Shown one piece after another: positions 12,431 through 21,958 of a stretch of DNA of 64,000 nucleotides. The notes under the pieces were generated by a model that was given only the letters and a program-made list of their open reading frames with translations, made no database searches and was not told the DNA's origin. The position numbers and the translations under genes were made by a program. This DNA comes from an uncultured Planctomycetaceae bacterium. GTDB lineage: Bacteria; Planctomycetota; Planctomycetia; Planctomycetales; Planctomycetaceae. Every line of letters starts with the position of its first letter. Position 1 is the first letter of the stretch. The stretch is from assembly GCA_963815195.1 (NCBI GenBank), contig CAWFGE010000008.1, forward strand, positions 480,001 to 544,000, read 5' to 3'.

Positions 12431-12573
12431 CGATCAGTCCTCCGTTTGCACCCGCCGCGCGAACCCGGCCCCGGCTTCCGGCGTCCTTTCTAACAACAAC
12501 CGGCCAGCGTTTCGCTTGAAATGCAGCGAATACAGGCCGCGTCACAAACTTCAACGGACAAAGGACGTATCCC

Positions 12574-13169
12574 ATGACCCAGGCGGTGCTCAATCGGCCT
12601 ACGCTCGTTTTGAATCGGAATTGGCAGCCGGTGGGCGTGGCCACCGTCGCCCGATCGCTGGTGAAGGTCTGGAACGAAGTCGCCCGGATCGTGGACCCGG
12701 CGGACTATCGCCTTTACTCCTGGGAGGACTGGGCTCAGCTTACCCCGGCCGAGGGCGAAGCGTTCATTGCCACGGCCCGGCTGCGGCTGCGGGTGCCGGA
12801 GGTCGTCACGCTCACCAGCTACGACCGCCTGCCCGCGAACGCGGTGACCTTCAGCCGGCGGAACGTGTTCAAGCGGGACCGGTTTACGTGCCAGTATTGC
12901 GGCTGCCAGCCGGGGGGCGAGGAGCTGACGATCGACCACGTGATCCCGCGGCGCAGGGGGGAACCTCGACGTGGGGCAACTGCGTCCTGGCGTGCATCGA
13001 CTGCAACGCCAAGAAGGCCGACCGCACGCCGGACGAAGCCAGGATGCCGCTGAAGAAGACGCCGGTGCGTCCGCTCTGGAAGCCGCTCTACGCGGCCCAC
13101 GGCACGCGGATCGGCAGTTGGTCGAAGTTCCTCAGCGAAGCCTACTGGACCGTGGAACTGGACGCGTAG
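12574..13169 (+). CDS. HNH endonuclease, McrA/HNH_5-like (frameshift near 12955)
   Basis: PTLVLNRNWQPV, FSRRNVFKRDRFTCQYCG, LTIDHVIPR / GGTSTWGNCVLACIDCNAKKADRTP; AAAGGA RBS. Confidence 0.9.
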
Positions 13170-13180
13170 GCGGAAACGAT

Positions 13181-13275
13181 GAATGAATGACCAATTCCCA
13201 AATCCCAATGATCAACGACTTGTCGAGCGTACACTCGATCGTTGTTGGTGATTGGGATTGGGTCATTGGTCATTG
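13181..13275. repeat. Heptamer inverted repeat (AATGACC/AATCCCA-type)
   Basis: AATGAATGACCAATTCCCAAATCCCAATGATCAA ... TTGGTGATTGGGATTGGGTCATTGGTCATT. Confidence 0.7.
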
Positions 13276-13365
13276 CGGCTTTGTAAAAATGCCTTGGTGA
13301 AATGGCGGAAGATTGATACATTTCCACCGCCTTTCACTTTTCTTTCATCGAATGAAGGCAGTGAG

Positions 13366-13941
13366 ATGAGCCGGATCCCATTGCGAAGGCTGCTTTTGCC
13401 TTTTTCCGCGGCGCTCGTATGTCTTGGCCTTTTCGCCGTAAACGCTCATGTTGCGGCCGGAAAGACGTCAGGTGCTGACGCGGCGCTGCCATTGATGAAT
13501 TATTACGACCTCGATGTCGAAGTCGTTATTAAGCAATGTAACCCTGCCGACCAGGCTGTTCGCAAAAAGGAATGGCACGTTCGAACGGACATTTGGCGGG
13601 ATGTGCCTTTTGATCTGACGGCGAAAGCACAGGGCGAAGACATCCTTGTTCGCGGAACTCTCTCCCAGGCAGAGAAAGGCCGTCTTCGTCTTGCGATTAC
13701 CGTGCGGCGGGCCGGCAGCGATTGGGGCTCGGAGGTAGAAACGTCGATTGAGCTCGTTCCCCGGGAGCGAGTAGAAATTGCAAGACTCTCAGATCTCTCA
13801 GAGGAAGGCGAGTTGCTCTCAGAGGAAGGCACATTTGTCACAATCAGGCCGCGAGCTCCTGGCGGACTCGTTCCGCGGACGCAAGCTCGCATCGCGACTG
13901 ATCCGAAATTAGCCCGCAGCGCAAGCAAGGGATTTGAATAA
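13366..13941 (+). CDS. Hypothetical exported protein
   Basis: Signal-peptide-like N terminus MSRIPLRRLLLPFSAALVCLG; more A/T-ending codons than neighbours. Confidence 0.6.
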   Translation: MSRIPLRRLLLPFSAALVCLGLFAVNAHVAAGKTSGADAALPLMNYYDLDVEVVIKQCNPADQAVRKKEWHVRTDIWRDVPFDLTAKAQGEDILVRGTLSQAEKGRLRLAITVRRAGSDWGSEVETSIELVPRERVEIARLSDLSEEGELLSEEGTFVTIRPRAPGGLVPRTQARIATDPKLARSASKGFE

Positions 13942-14040
13942 AAAATTCTTTCCCTTCCCTCAATTGCGCTTCGGGCGAATTCGAAAAAAACAGATTTCTT
14001 GATCGAAGCGAATCTCGCCGCCATCACAGGGACGGTAATT

Positions 14041-15124
14041 ATGGTGACGCTGCCCGGTCAGCACCGGCTGATACGAAAGCAAAACGGCCCCCAAACCGGG
14101 GGTCCGCATTTTCCCCCGCCGGAAACGCCCATCGAGATGGAATGCGTGCCCTGCCTGCTTTGCGGCGGGAACGATTTTGAGCCGGTGATCGAATCACCCG
14201 ATCCGCTCACCGGCTTGGGCGGCGTATTTCACGTCGTTCGCTGTCTGGACTGCGAACTCCACTTCACGAATCCCCGCCCGACGGAAAACTCCATCGGCCT
14301 GTTCTATCCGTCCAACTATGCCCCCTGGGGCGGCAAAGCCAAACGGCCCACGCTCCGCCAGAAGTGGCACGACGCTTTGGAACTCGCAGTGCTGCGAACG
14401 CGGTTCGGCTATCCGTCCGAAGCGGTTTCGGTTTGGGACCGTGTAAAATCCTCGTTGGGACGGCTGTGGATCCATCGCAGCGCCCAGCGGCAGAATTGGA
14501 TTCCCTGGCGGGCACCGGGCCGACTTTTGGATTTCGGTTGCGGGGGCGGGGATTTTTTGGTGGCAATGCAAAAATTCGGCTGGCAGGTGGAAGGCATGGA
14601 CAATGCCGCCACCTGCGCGGGATGTCACCGGGCGGACGGGGATTCCCGTGCACGTGGGCACGCTGCCGCACCCGGACGTTCCGCCGGAGTCCTTCGATGC
14701 CGTCACCATGTGGAACGCCCTGGAGCACGTGCATCAGCCGCGCGAAACCGTGCAAGCGGCGAACCGGGCGCTCCGGCCCGGCGGGATTCTCGTGGTGGGC
14801 GTGCCGAACATCGCGTCGTGGGCCTTCGAGCAATTCCGCGAGCGCTGGTATCCGCTCAAAGTGCCCCGGCATCTGACGCACTTCACGCCGAACACGCTCC
14901 GCGAAACCTTGAACGCCGAGGGCTTTCAGGTCCTCTCGGTCGATCACATCGCCCGGCCGAGCTTCTTACGAAAATCGGTCCGCCGGGTGATCAAGGAAAC
15001 CGGCGGCTCGCCACAGTTGCGCTGGCTGGCGACGCGGCAAGGGGCAACCTTCGCCGCGAGTTGGACCGAGCGGACCGGGCAGTCCGAATTCATCCGCGCC
15101 GTCGCCGAGAAACTCCCCGTCTGA
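14041..15124 (+). CDS. Class I SAM methyltransferase with N-terminal Zn-binding CxxC pair (frameshift near 14610)
   Basis: CLLCGG...VRCLDCELHFTNPRP, RLLDFGCGGG / FDAVTMWNALEHV, LRPGGILVVGVPN, PRHLTHF; start could be 14137. Confidence 0.85.
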
Positions 15125-15137
15125 GGAGACCCCGCCC

Positions 15138-15359
15138 GTGGGGAATCGCGAATCCGAAACCATCCGGCTGGATCAATTCTTGAAACTGACCGGTTCGGTC
15201 CCCACCGGCGGCCACGCGAAACAGGCCATCCAAGCCGGCGAAGTCCAAGTCAACGGCGCGGTCGAAACCCGCCGCCGCCGGCAACTCAAAGACGGCGACG
15301 TGGTCGAATACGCCGGCGAAGAATACATCGTGGAATGGACCCCGGATGACGAATCTTGA
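15138..15359 (+). CDS. S4-domain RNA-binding protein (YaaA/YbcJ-like)
   Basis: IRLDQFLK...TGGHAKQAIQAGEVQVNGAVETRRRRQLKDGDVV; GAGGAG RBS before GTG. Confidence 0.93.
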   Translation: MGNRESETIRLDQFLKLTGSVPTGGHAKQAIQAGEVQVNGAVETRRRRQLKDGDVVEYAGEEYIVEWTPDDES

Positions 15360-15372
15360 CCCTGGAACAGCC

Positions 15373-16692
15373 TCACCAAGGCAGCGCGGCGATTTGGGTG
15401 CCGGGGTAATAGCCGCGGAGGATCTCCGCGGCGGTTTTGCCGGCGAGGGCCTGGCCGCGGGCACCCCATTGGCAAAGGCCGACGCCGTGGCCGTGGCCTC
15501 GGCCTTGGAAGTGGAAATGCTGCGAGTCCTGCCAGACCTCAAACGTTGCGCTGGGCAATGACAGCCTGCGTCTCACGTCGGCGGCGGAGATCTCGGCAGT
15601 CTTTTGGCCGTTGGAGACTTGGAACAGGCTCGCCGGAATGACCGGGCTTTGATCGCGACGTTGGATCGCTGTGATCGGTCGGCGGGAGCCGCCCAACAGC
15701 GAAGCGAGTTTGCTCGCGGCGGCGCTCCGGCTGAGTTTTTCGGTCCAGCGGTAGTATTTCGCGTCCCGGCACCACTGGCAACGGACCGATTGAAGCGGCG
15801 GGGCGGCGTCGCGAAAAACCAGATCGCCCCGCGTCGTCCGGCCGCCGCACACGGCGGAGTAATACGTGCAAAAGAGTTGCCCCTCGTGCAGGCAGACCAG
15901 GCCCGCCGTCGCCTGGGCGATTTGCCGGCCAAGGGCGGTTTCGCCCGCAAGCCGGCGTCCGCCTGACATGTATTGATAGCCCAGATAGTTCTGGCTCCGG
16001 GGCGAGGCGTACACATCGAAATAGGGTTGGCTCCGCGACTGGGCCATTTGATAGAGAGCATACGTCCGCGAGCAGATCGCCTGCGCCTTCCGGGCTTCTT
16101 CGGGGAACGCCGCGGGCATTTCGCTGTCGATCACGCTGGCGAGATAATCCTCCACCGGCAATACGTTGACCGGCAGGATCTTTCCGCCCGGCTGGCGAAA
16201 CAGCCGCACCCGGCCGCGGTATTGATGCCCGTTGACCCAGATCGCGGGAGAATCCTGTGGCACGACTTCCAGCCGGGTCGTGGCGTAGCTTTGCTTGCCG
16301 ATCTTTAGTGCCGATCGGTCGCACTGCACCCGGCATTCCTCAAGGGATGGCCCTTGGCCGAGGGTTTGATCCGACCCCAAAACCCGCAAAGAATAAGGCC
16401 CATCGATTTGCAAGCGGACGGAACTCGCGGGCGAAGCCGACAGGCATACGCGGATGGTCGGGGATTCTCCGCTCGCGGGTCGCGGGAGACGGGCGGGCGT
16501 CCCGGACGTGGAAGGCGAACGCGCCGGCGGATCAGGCTCGATTTGTGCCGACGAGAGTCCCACGCCGTGGAGCGCATAATATCCCAGCGTGGAGATTGCC
16601 AGTCCCGCCAGCAGGGTGATCACGCCGCGCGCAAAATCAAAGCCCCTCCGCGTGAATGGCCTTTCGATCCGAACCGGCGAAGTGTCATCCAA
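15373..16692 (-). CDS. SpoIID/LytB domain protein
   Basis: YRGRV, VNVLPVEDYLASVIDSEMP, EARKAQAICSRTYAL, YYSAVCGGRT, GRGHGHGVGLCQWGA...EILRGYYPG; N-terminal TM; start uncertain. Confidence 0.92.
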   Translation of the reverse strand: MDDTSPVRIERPFTRRGFDFARGVITLLAGLAISTLGYYALHGVGLSSAQIEPDPPARSPSTSGTPARLPRPASGESPTIRVCLSASPASSVRLQIDGPYSLRVLGSDQTLGQGPSLEECRVQCDRSALKIGKQSYATTRLEVVPQDSPAIWVNGHQYRGRVRLFRQPGGKILPVNVLPVEDYLASVIDSEMPAAFPEEARKAQAICSRTYALYQMAQSRSQPYFDVYASPRSQNYLGYQYMSGGRRLAGETALGRQIAQATAGLVCLHEGQLFCTYYSAVCGGRTTRGDLVFRDAAPPLQSVRCQWCRDAKYYRWTEKLSRSAAASKLASLLGGSRRPITAIQRRDQSPVIPASLFQVSNGQKTAEISAADVRRRLSLPSATFEVWQDSQHFHFQGRGHGHGVGLCQWGARGQALAGKTAAEILRGYYPGTQIAALPW

Positions 16693-16729
16693 AACACCGC
16701 CGGCTGTCAATAGCCGCCGCCGATGATGT

Positions 16730-16999
16730 TCACATCGGAGACTGAAAGCCCATGACCTGGAAGCGGGCGAGTTCCTGGGTCGAGGTGAGTTTGAGGGCGC
16801 TGATGCCTTCGTAGGCGACGAAGACCTTGCGGGCCCCGTAGGAATCGGGCTTATCGCGTTCCACGAGGAGAATGCCGCCGGAAACCATGAAGTTGACAAA
16901 CGAAATGGTTTCCTGAAAGCTGGTGACGATCATGCCCTGGCGGGGGATGGCTTCGGGCCAGTTTTCGAACAGCGACCGCCAAGATTCCGAGTTTTCCAT
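16730..16999 (-). CDS. Small conserved hypothetical protein
   Basis: MENSESWRSLFENWP...LVERDKPDSYGARKV; AAGGA RBS. Confidence 0.7.
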   Translation of the reverse strand: MENSESWRSLFENWPEAIPRQGMIVTSFQETISFVNFMVSGGILLVERDKPDSYGARKVFVAYEGISALKLTSTQELARFQVMGFQSPM

Positions 17000-17026
17000 T
17001 AGAGTCGTCCTTGATATGGGGCCAAC

Positions 17027-17056
17027 AAAAAACCGGATGGTAGCAACCATCCGGTT
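17027..17056 (-). terminator. Intrinsic terminator of tRNA-Glu
   Basis: Minus strand AACCGGATGGT-TGCT-ACCATCCGGTT followed by a T run. Confidence 0.85.
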
Positions 17057-17062
17057 GAAACA

Positions 17063-17137
17063 TGACCCCAGGGGGATTTGAACCCCCGTTACCGGATCGA
17101 AAATCCGGTGTCCTGGGCCTGACTAGACGATGGGGCC
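17063..17137 (-). tRNA. tRNA-Glu (anticodon TTC), CCA not encoded
   Basis: Reverse complement GGCCCCATCGTCTAGTCAGGCCCAGGACACCGGATTTTCGATCCGGTAACGGGGGTTCAAATCCCCCTGGGGTCA folds as a cloverleaf. Confidence 0.95.
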
Positions 17138-17150
17138 GAAGGATGCGTGC

Positions 17151-17178
17151 AATTTATACCATCTGTCGGCATTGTCAA
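17151..17178 (-). promoter_or_regulatory. Putative sigma70 promoter of tRNA-Glu
   Basis: Minus strand TTGACA-16 bp-TAAATT. Confidence 0.6.
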
Positions 17179-17287
17179 CCCACACGCGTGAAGAGAATCT
17201 GTGGGGACTCGAATTTCAATTTGAGCGTCCGCCGACACTTAAAGCGGGGCGGAAAAAGCAGCTACGCAAGCCACGGGCCGAAGGCGC

Positions 17288-17503
17288 TTAAAGTTCGGTC
17301 TGTGAAATGTGCGTGGACTCGTCTTTGGCCTGAGCCGCCTGTTCATTTTTGATGGCCGCATGGATTTCGCTGCGGTGAATGGGCACCTCGCGCGGTGCCT
17401 GAATTCCAAGTCGCACCTTGTCGCCCCGAATTTCGACCACGGTGATGACAATATTGTCATCGATGATGATGCTCTCATCCTTTTTGCGCGACAGAACCAA
17501 CAT
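17288..17503 (-). CDS. csrA: Carbon storage regulator CsrA
   Basis: MLVLSRKKDESIII...VRLGIQAPREVPIHRSEI. Confidence 0.98.
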   Translation of the reverse strand: MLVLSRKKDESIIIDDNIVITVVEIRGDKVRLGIQAPREVPIHRSEIHAAIKNEQAAQAKDESTHISQTEL

Positions 17504-17857
17504 GTCCGCGTCTCCATTGATACTGACCGGTGATTGAACAGACCCGCCTTGGGGGTTTGGGCAAAGGGTAATAGAACGGTATTGCGTGAGCGCAAGGTAA
17601 ACCGGTCTTTATTAACCATTGCGATTGTAGGGGGTTATTGCGAATCGTCAAGTACCCGGACACCAAAGAAGAGGGAACGCTGCGGACAAGCCCGCAGAGA
17701 AAGATCCCCCTCCCTTGGCACGGAAAAGCTCGGATTGTTCTGTTCTTGCGGGGGATGGCAAAGCCGAAGAAAGCCCTGCTCCGTCGAGGCCGCCCGGTTC
17801 GGGTGCCCGTCATCGACACCCGAAAAAATCCCCAAGATGGGAAAAATCCCCGATTTC

Positions 17858-18193
17858 TTACTTCACCATGTCCTTGAGCGCCTTGAGCGGACGGGCCTTA
17901 ACCACGTCTTGAGCCGGCTTGGCTTTGTAAATCATCGGTTCGCCCGTGAAGCGATTGACGCCTTCGCGTTCCTTGGTCGCCGGCTTGTGCTGCACGTAGA
18001 GTTTCAACAGGCCCGGAAGATTGAAAACCCGCGCCCCCTTCTTGTTGGAGAGTTCTTCGCTGATGAGGTCGGTCAAGGACTCCATCACCGAACTGACTTC
18101 TTTTTTGCTGAGTTCCGTCCGCTCGGCCAACTGGTTCAGAATTTCGCTTTTGGTCATGGGTTTTGCTTTTGTGGCGGCTTTCTTTTTGGCCAT
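17858..18193 (-). CDS. HU family DNA-binding protein
   Basis: MTKSEILNQLAERTELSKKEV...FNLPGLLKL...REGVNRFTGEPM...VKARPLKALKD. Confidence 0.93.
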   Translation of the reverse strand: MAKKKAATKAKPMTKSEILNQLAERTELSKKEVSSVMESLTDLISEELSNKKGARVFNLPGLLKLYVQHKPATKEREGVNRFTGEPMIYKAKPAQDVVKARPLKALKDMVK

Positions 18194-18835
18194 TTACCAA
18201 CTCCCGATTGTGCAAGGTGTTGAGGGGATAACTGTCAACGCGTAGTTGCTTTTGAAGGTAGTTAACTGTTGACGTGGGAAATTGTCAATGAATGGGCCCG
18301 GTTTTCACGCAGAAAATCCTTATTTTCTAGGTTTTGGGAGTGAAACCCCCAGAAATCCCCGGCAAATCGCCCTTCGCGGCGGCCATCGGCCTATAAATCG
18401 GCTCCAAAACGCCCAAAGGCGGCCACGCCGCAAGCCACGCCGCAGCCGCATTTTGGCGGCGGCGATCGATCCGGGCGGCTGAAAGACGACGCTGCGAACA
18501 ATCCTTGTCGCCACTCGCCCCGCAACGCGATTTCCCATGCGGGAAAACGATTTTTAGAAACTTTCTTTCCCCCTGAAATCCGCCGGCTCAACCGGCCCCC
18601 TGGCCCGGCGTAAGGAAACACGCCCCTGGCGCGGCGCCAGGGCGTTTGGGTTTGGGCTAAAAAATCGCGATTCGTGCGCCTTTTTCTTCTCGCGAGACAT
18701 CTCCTAGAATGGAGGGGGCAAGAAATCAGAACTTTTCGCGGGCTGCGGGGTTAGATAGATGATAAACGTGCGCTTTTGTCATCATCTCGCCCCTTGGATC
18801 CAACCGAATCGGGATTAACCAAGATCGAGAACCGC

Positions 18836-19450
18836 GTGGTCAATCTAAGCGACGACCAACAAACAACTTACACGCACGACCCCGACGTGCAGTTGATGCT
18901 GCGCGTCAAGGAAGGGGACCAAGAGGCCTTTACCAATCTTGTGAAAACGTACGAAGATCGGCTCATCGGCGTGTTTGCGCACATGCTGCACGATGAAGAA
19001 TTGGCGGAGGATTTGGCCCAGGAAGTTTTCATGCGGGTTTATCGTTCGCGGGAACGCTACCAACCCACGGCGAAGTTTTCCACGTGGTTGTTTCGCATCG
19101 CGAACAACCTCGCGAGCAACACCCGCCGAAATCGGGGCCGGCGGAAAGAAGTGCCCCTCGAAGTGCGAGACACCGGACCTCTGGTGCCCGCCCCGAAGAA
19201 CAACTGCTCGCGGATGAATCGGGGATGATTCCCACCCGGCAGGCCGCGAAGCGGGAGATGCAAGATATCGTCCGGCAGGCCCTCGACACGTTGAACGACC
19301 GCCAGCGGATGGCGGTCTTGTTGCACAAATTTGAAGGCATGAGCTACGCGGACATCGGGCAAGCGATGGAAATGTCGGTCCCGGCCGTCAAATCCCTCCT
19401 GTCCCGCGCGGGAGAACCTGCGAGAAGCCCTCCAACAGCACGTTCGCTAG
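18836..19450 (+). CDS. ECF sigma-70 factor (frameshifts near 19182 and 19410)
   Basis: GDQEAFTNLV, AEDLAQEVF, FSTWLFRIANN / LNDRQRMAVLLHKFEGMSYADIG...VKSLLSRA / ENLREALQQHVR*; start could be 18776. Confidence 0.9.
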
Positions 19451-19703
19451 AACCGGCAAAAATATCCGTTCCGCGTAACCTGAGACTGGAAATTGACAAC
19501 AGAATTAGGAACACTGGTATGGAGCACCTCTTACAATTCATGCGCCCTCGGGCGATTCTTGTTTGGCAAACCTCTTGACAATCCTTTGGGCCCGCCGCAA
19601 ATCGAGCGGCCGGCGAATTGAAGTTTGAAAGAGAACCAGCCGATTTCCCTAAACGGTCAATCCCGATAGTTTCCGCTCAACTTTTTTTGAAGCTCCCATA
19701 CCG

Positions 19704-20219
19704 ATGGAAGATTCATCACCTATCACACCGGATCTGCGTGCGAATCTGGTCGCCTATTTGGACGGCGAGTTGGACGAAGTCGCGACAATCGAGGTTGAAA
19801 AAAACCTTTCCGAGAGCGAGGAAATCCGCCTGGAGGTGGAAGCGCTCTCGAAAACGTGGGAGTTGTTGGACGCGTTGCCGCCCGTGCAGGCTTCAAGCGA
19901 ATTCACCGAGCGCACGCTGCAATCGATTCAAACGGAAAGTGTTCCGGGCGCGACTCGGACGCTTTTGAACCCCGCCCTCAGACGGAATCTTTGGGGAGGC
20001 CTGCTTTTGATCGGATTGACGTCCTGCGCCGTGTTGGGATTTTACGCGGCGAACCGGGCCGTTCCCCAGCGTTCAGAGAGCTTGCTCAAGGATTTGCCGG
20101 TGGTGCAGAACCTGGATTTGTACGAAGAGACGGGCGATGTGGAGTTCTTGCAGAATCTAGAAGGGATGGGAGCGTTGATCGATGAGCCATCCGCCGAGTT
20201 CCAAGATGAAAACGAATGA
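19704..20219 (+). CDS. Putative anti-sigma factor
   Basis: LVAYLDGELD...VEALSKTWELLDALP, one TM, DLPVVQNLDLY; downstream of the ECF sigma. Confidence 0.8.
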   Translation: MEDSSPITPDLRANLVAYLDGELDEVATIEVEKNLSESEEIRLEVEALSKTWELLDALPPVQASSEFTERTLQSIQTESVPGATRTLLNPALRRNLWGGLLLIGLTSCAVLGFYAANRAVPQRSESLLKDLPVVQNLDLYEETGDVEFLQNLEGMGALIDEPSAEFQDENE

Positions 20220-21471
20220 TGCCCTCAAGACGGCCGCGCTGCCTCGAACCGCTCGGCCCGTCTGGCGTTCCTGGTGGTGGTTTGCCTTGGCGGGGCTGGT
20301 GCTCTTGGGCACGCCCTTTCTCTTCAGCAGTCCGCCGGACCCCGAACTCGAAGCCCGCCGCCGGCAGATCGAAAATCTCTCCGCCGCGGAGCGCGAACGG
20401 CTCCAGCGGAATTTCGAGCGGTTCGAAAAACTCCCCGCCGACCGCCAGGCCGAGCTCCGGGAATTGGACCAGGCCGTTCAGGACGATGAGAGCCTCAAGA
20501 ACACACTGCTGGAATACGAACGCTGGCTGACCACGCTGTCCCCCTGGCAGCGGGCGGAGTTGCGGAAGGCCCCCTCCAATGCCGAGAAGCTGAAGCTCGT
20601 CCAGTCCATCGTCGCCCAGCAGCGCCGGCAGGCGGAAGATCGGCGCCAGCAGGAACAAGAAATCCAAGAGCAGATCCGCATCAACCTGGCGAGGTTCCAA
20701 GGCCCCAAGCCGCAGGGGGTGGTGTTGACCGACGAGGAACTCGGCAAAATGCTCGCCGTCCTGGAAACCCATGCGCCGCCCGACTTTCATCAATCGAAGA
20801 CCAAACCGCCCGGCACACCGGCTTACCAGATGCAGCTGCTCGCCGCGGTGCTGGAAGACCGCTACTTCAATCAAAACGAAGAGGCGCAAGAGCAACCGCT
20901 GCCGGAGCCGCTCATCAAAGACATGATCGCCCAAGTTTCCGATGCCGAGGCGCGGCAGCAAGTGCAAAAGCTTTACGACGAGAAGCAATCGCGGGGGTTT
21001 GTGTGGTACTTGGCCTGGAAGCTCAACATGGCGTGGTGGAACGAAGCCCGGGAACACTACCCCAGCCGGGCGGAGTTGGACAAGACGGTTGAGACCCTCG
21101 GCGGAAAAGCTCTGGAAAAGTTCGAAAGCGAGAAGGAAGAGAATCCCGGCCTGGCTTATTTCCATCTTATCCAGGCCACCCGACAGGGTGAGTTTGATCT
21201 GGATACGCGGGACCTCAACGATGTGCTCGAAAAACTTGGCTTCCGCAATTTCAACCGCCGGCCCAGTGGCGGATCGAACGGCGGACGGTTCGGCGGCCGA
21301 GGCGGCGGTCCGCAGCGCCGCGACCACGGGCCCGAACGGAACGGCGAACGCGGACCCCGCAGACCTCCCGACCGCGAGCCAGACGGCCGCCCCGAGTTGC
21401 CGCGGCCCGAACCCAAAGATGACCCAACCCCTTCGCAAACCGGCGAAACCGAGACGCCGAGATGCGATTGA
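20206..21471 (+). CDS. Membrane-anchored helical protein (DUF3106-like), ECF-operon associated
   Basis: TM, then repeats IENLSAAERERL / FEKLPADRQAEL / LTTLSPWQRAEL; Gly/Arg/Pro-rich tail; overlaps the anti-sigma stop. Confidence 0.7.
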   Translation: MKTNDALKTAALPRTARPVWRSWWWFALAGLVLLGTPFLFSSPPDPELEARRRQIENLSAAERERLQRNFERFEKLPADRQAELRELDQAVQDDESLKNTLLEYERWLTTLSPWQRAELRKAPSNAEKLKLVQSIVAQQRRQAEDRRQQEQEIQEQIRINLARFQGPKPQGVVLTDEELGKMLAVLETHAPPDFHQSKTKPPGTPAYQMQLLAAVLEDRYFNQNEEAQEQPLPEPLIKDMIAQVSDAEARQQVQKLYDEKQSRGFVWYLAWKLNMAWWNEAREHYPSRAELDKTVETLGGKALEKFESEKEENPGLAYFHLIQATRQGEFDLDTRDLNDVLEKLGFRNFNRRPSGGSNGGRFGGRGGGPQRRDHGPERNGERGPRRPPDREPDGRPELPRPEPKDDPTPSQTGETETPRCD

Positions 21472-21635
21472 GCCTTGTCATCGCGGCCCATAATGAGGGA
21501 TCCTCTCTGTGGAAAACCGTGCAATCCTGCGTGGAAACCTGTGCGGGGTTGGATTACGAAATCGTGATCGCCGACGATGCTTCGTGGGACGGCTGCATTG
21601 ATGAGGTCCAAAAACGCTTTCCGCAAGTTCGCGTT
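21462..21635 (+). pseudogene. Truncated family-2 glycosyltransferase (N-terminal ~58 aa only)
   Basis: MRLSLVIAAHNEG...EIVIADDASWDG...FPQVRV, then similarity stops with no continuation in other frames. Confidence 0.75.
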
Positions 21636-21931
21636 GGCCCGGTGGCGACGGTTTATGGCACCCCATCAACATGACGGTGAACGGCGGCAAATATTCCGAC
21701 CCCGTGTTCCGATTTATTCCACGTCCCGGGAAGCAGATTTTTCTAAAGACCCAACCCGAAGCAATCGGCTGGCCTACGGCCCTAGTGCAGCCATCGGGGA
21801 ACCTCACCGTTACCCAGACTATCAGAGTGCAGATCGCCGGAGTTGAGTTGAACACCGGCGTCATAAACCGCAACGTTATCGCCCAACAGGTCACTGGCAC
21901 GCAGGCTAACATCACGATCGATTGGAAATAG
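21636..21931 (+). pseudogene. Probable 3' fragment of an unknown gene (or 86-aa orphan from ATG 21671)
   Basis: Frame is open from the GT break: WPGGDGLWHPINMTVNGG...ANITIDWK*; beta-rich, lower GC, no clear RBS at 21671. Confidence 0.45.
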
Positions 21932-21958
21932 AGAGATACCTTTTTCAAGGAGACATCC

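Noticed and set aside
12574..13169. HNH gene as IscB/Cas9-like or a restriction system
   Set aside because: About 198 aa, no RuvC motifs, no array and no methylase adjacent
15373..16899. 508-aa version of the SpoIID ORF
   Set aside because: N-terminal extension overlaps the 16730-16999 gene in another frame
17063..17137. tRNA-Glu as an island integration site
   Set aside because: No integrase and no duplicated tRNA 3' end seen in the window
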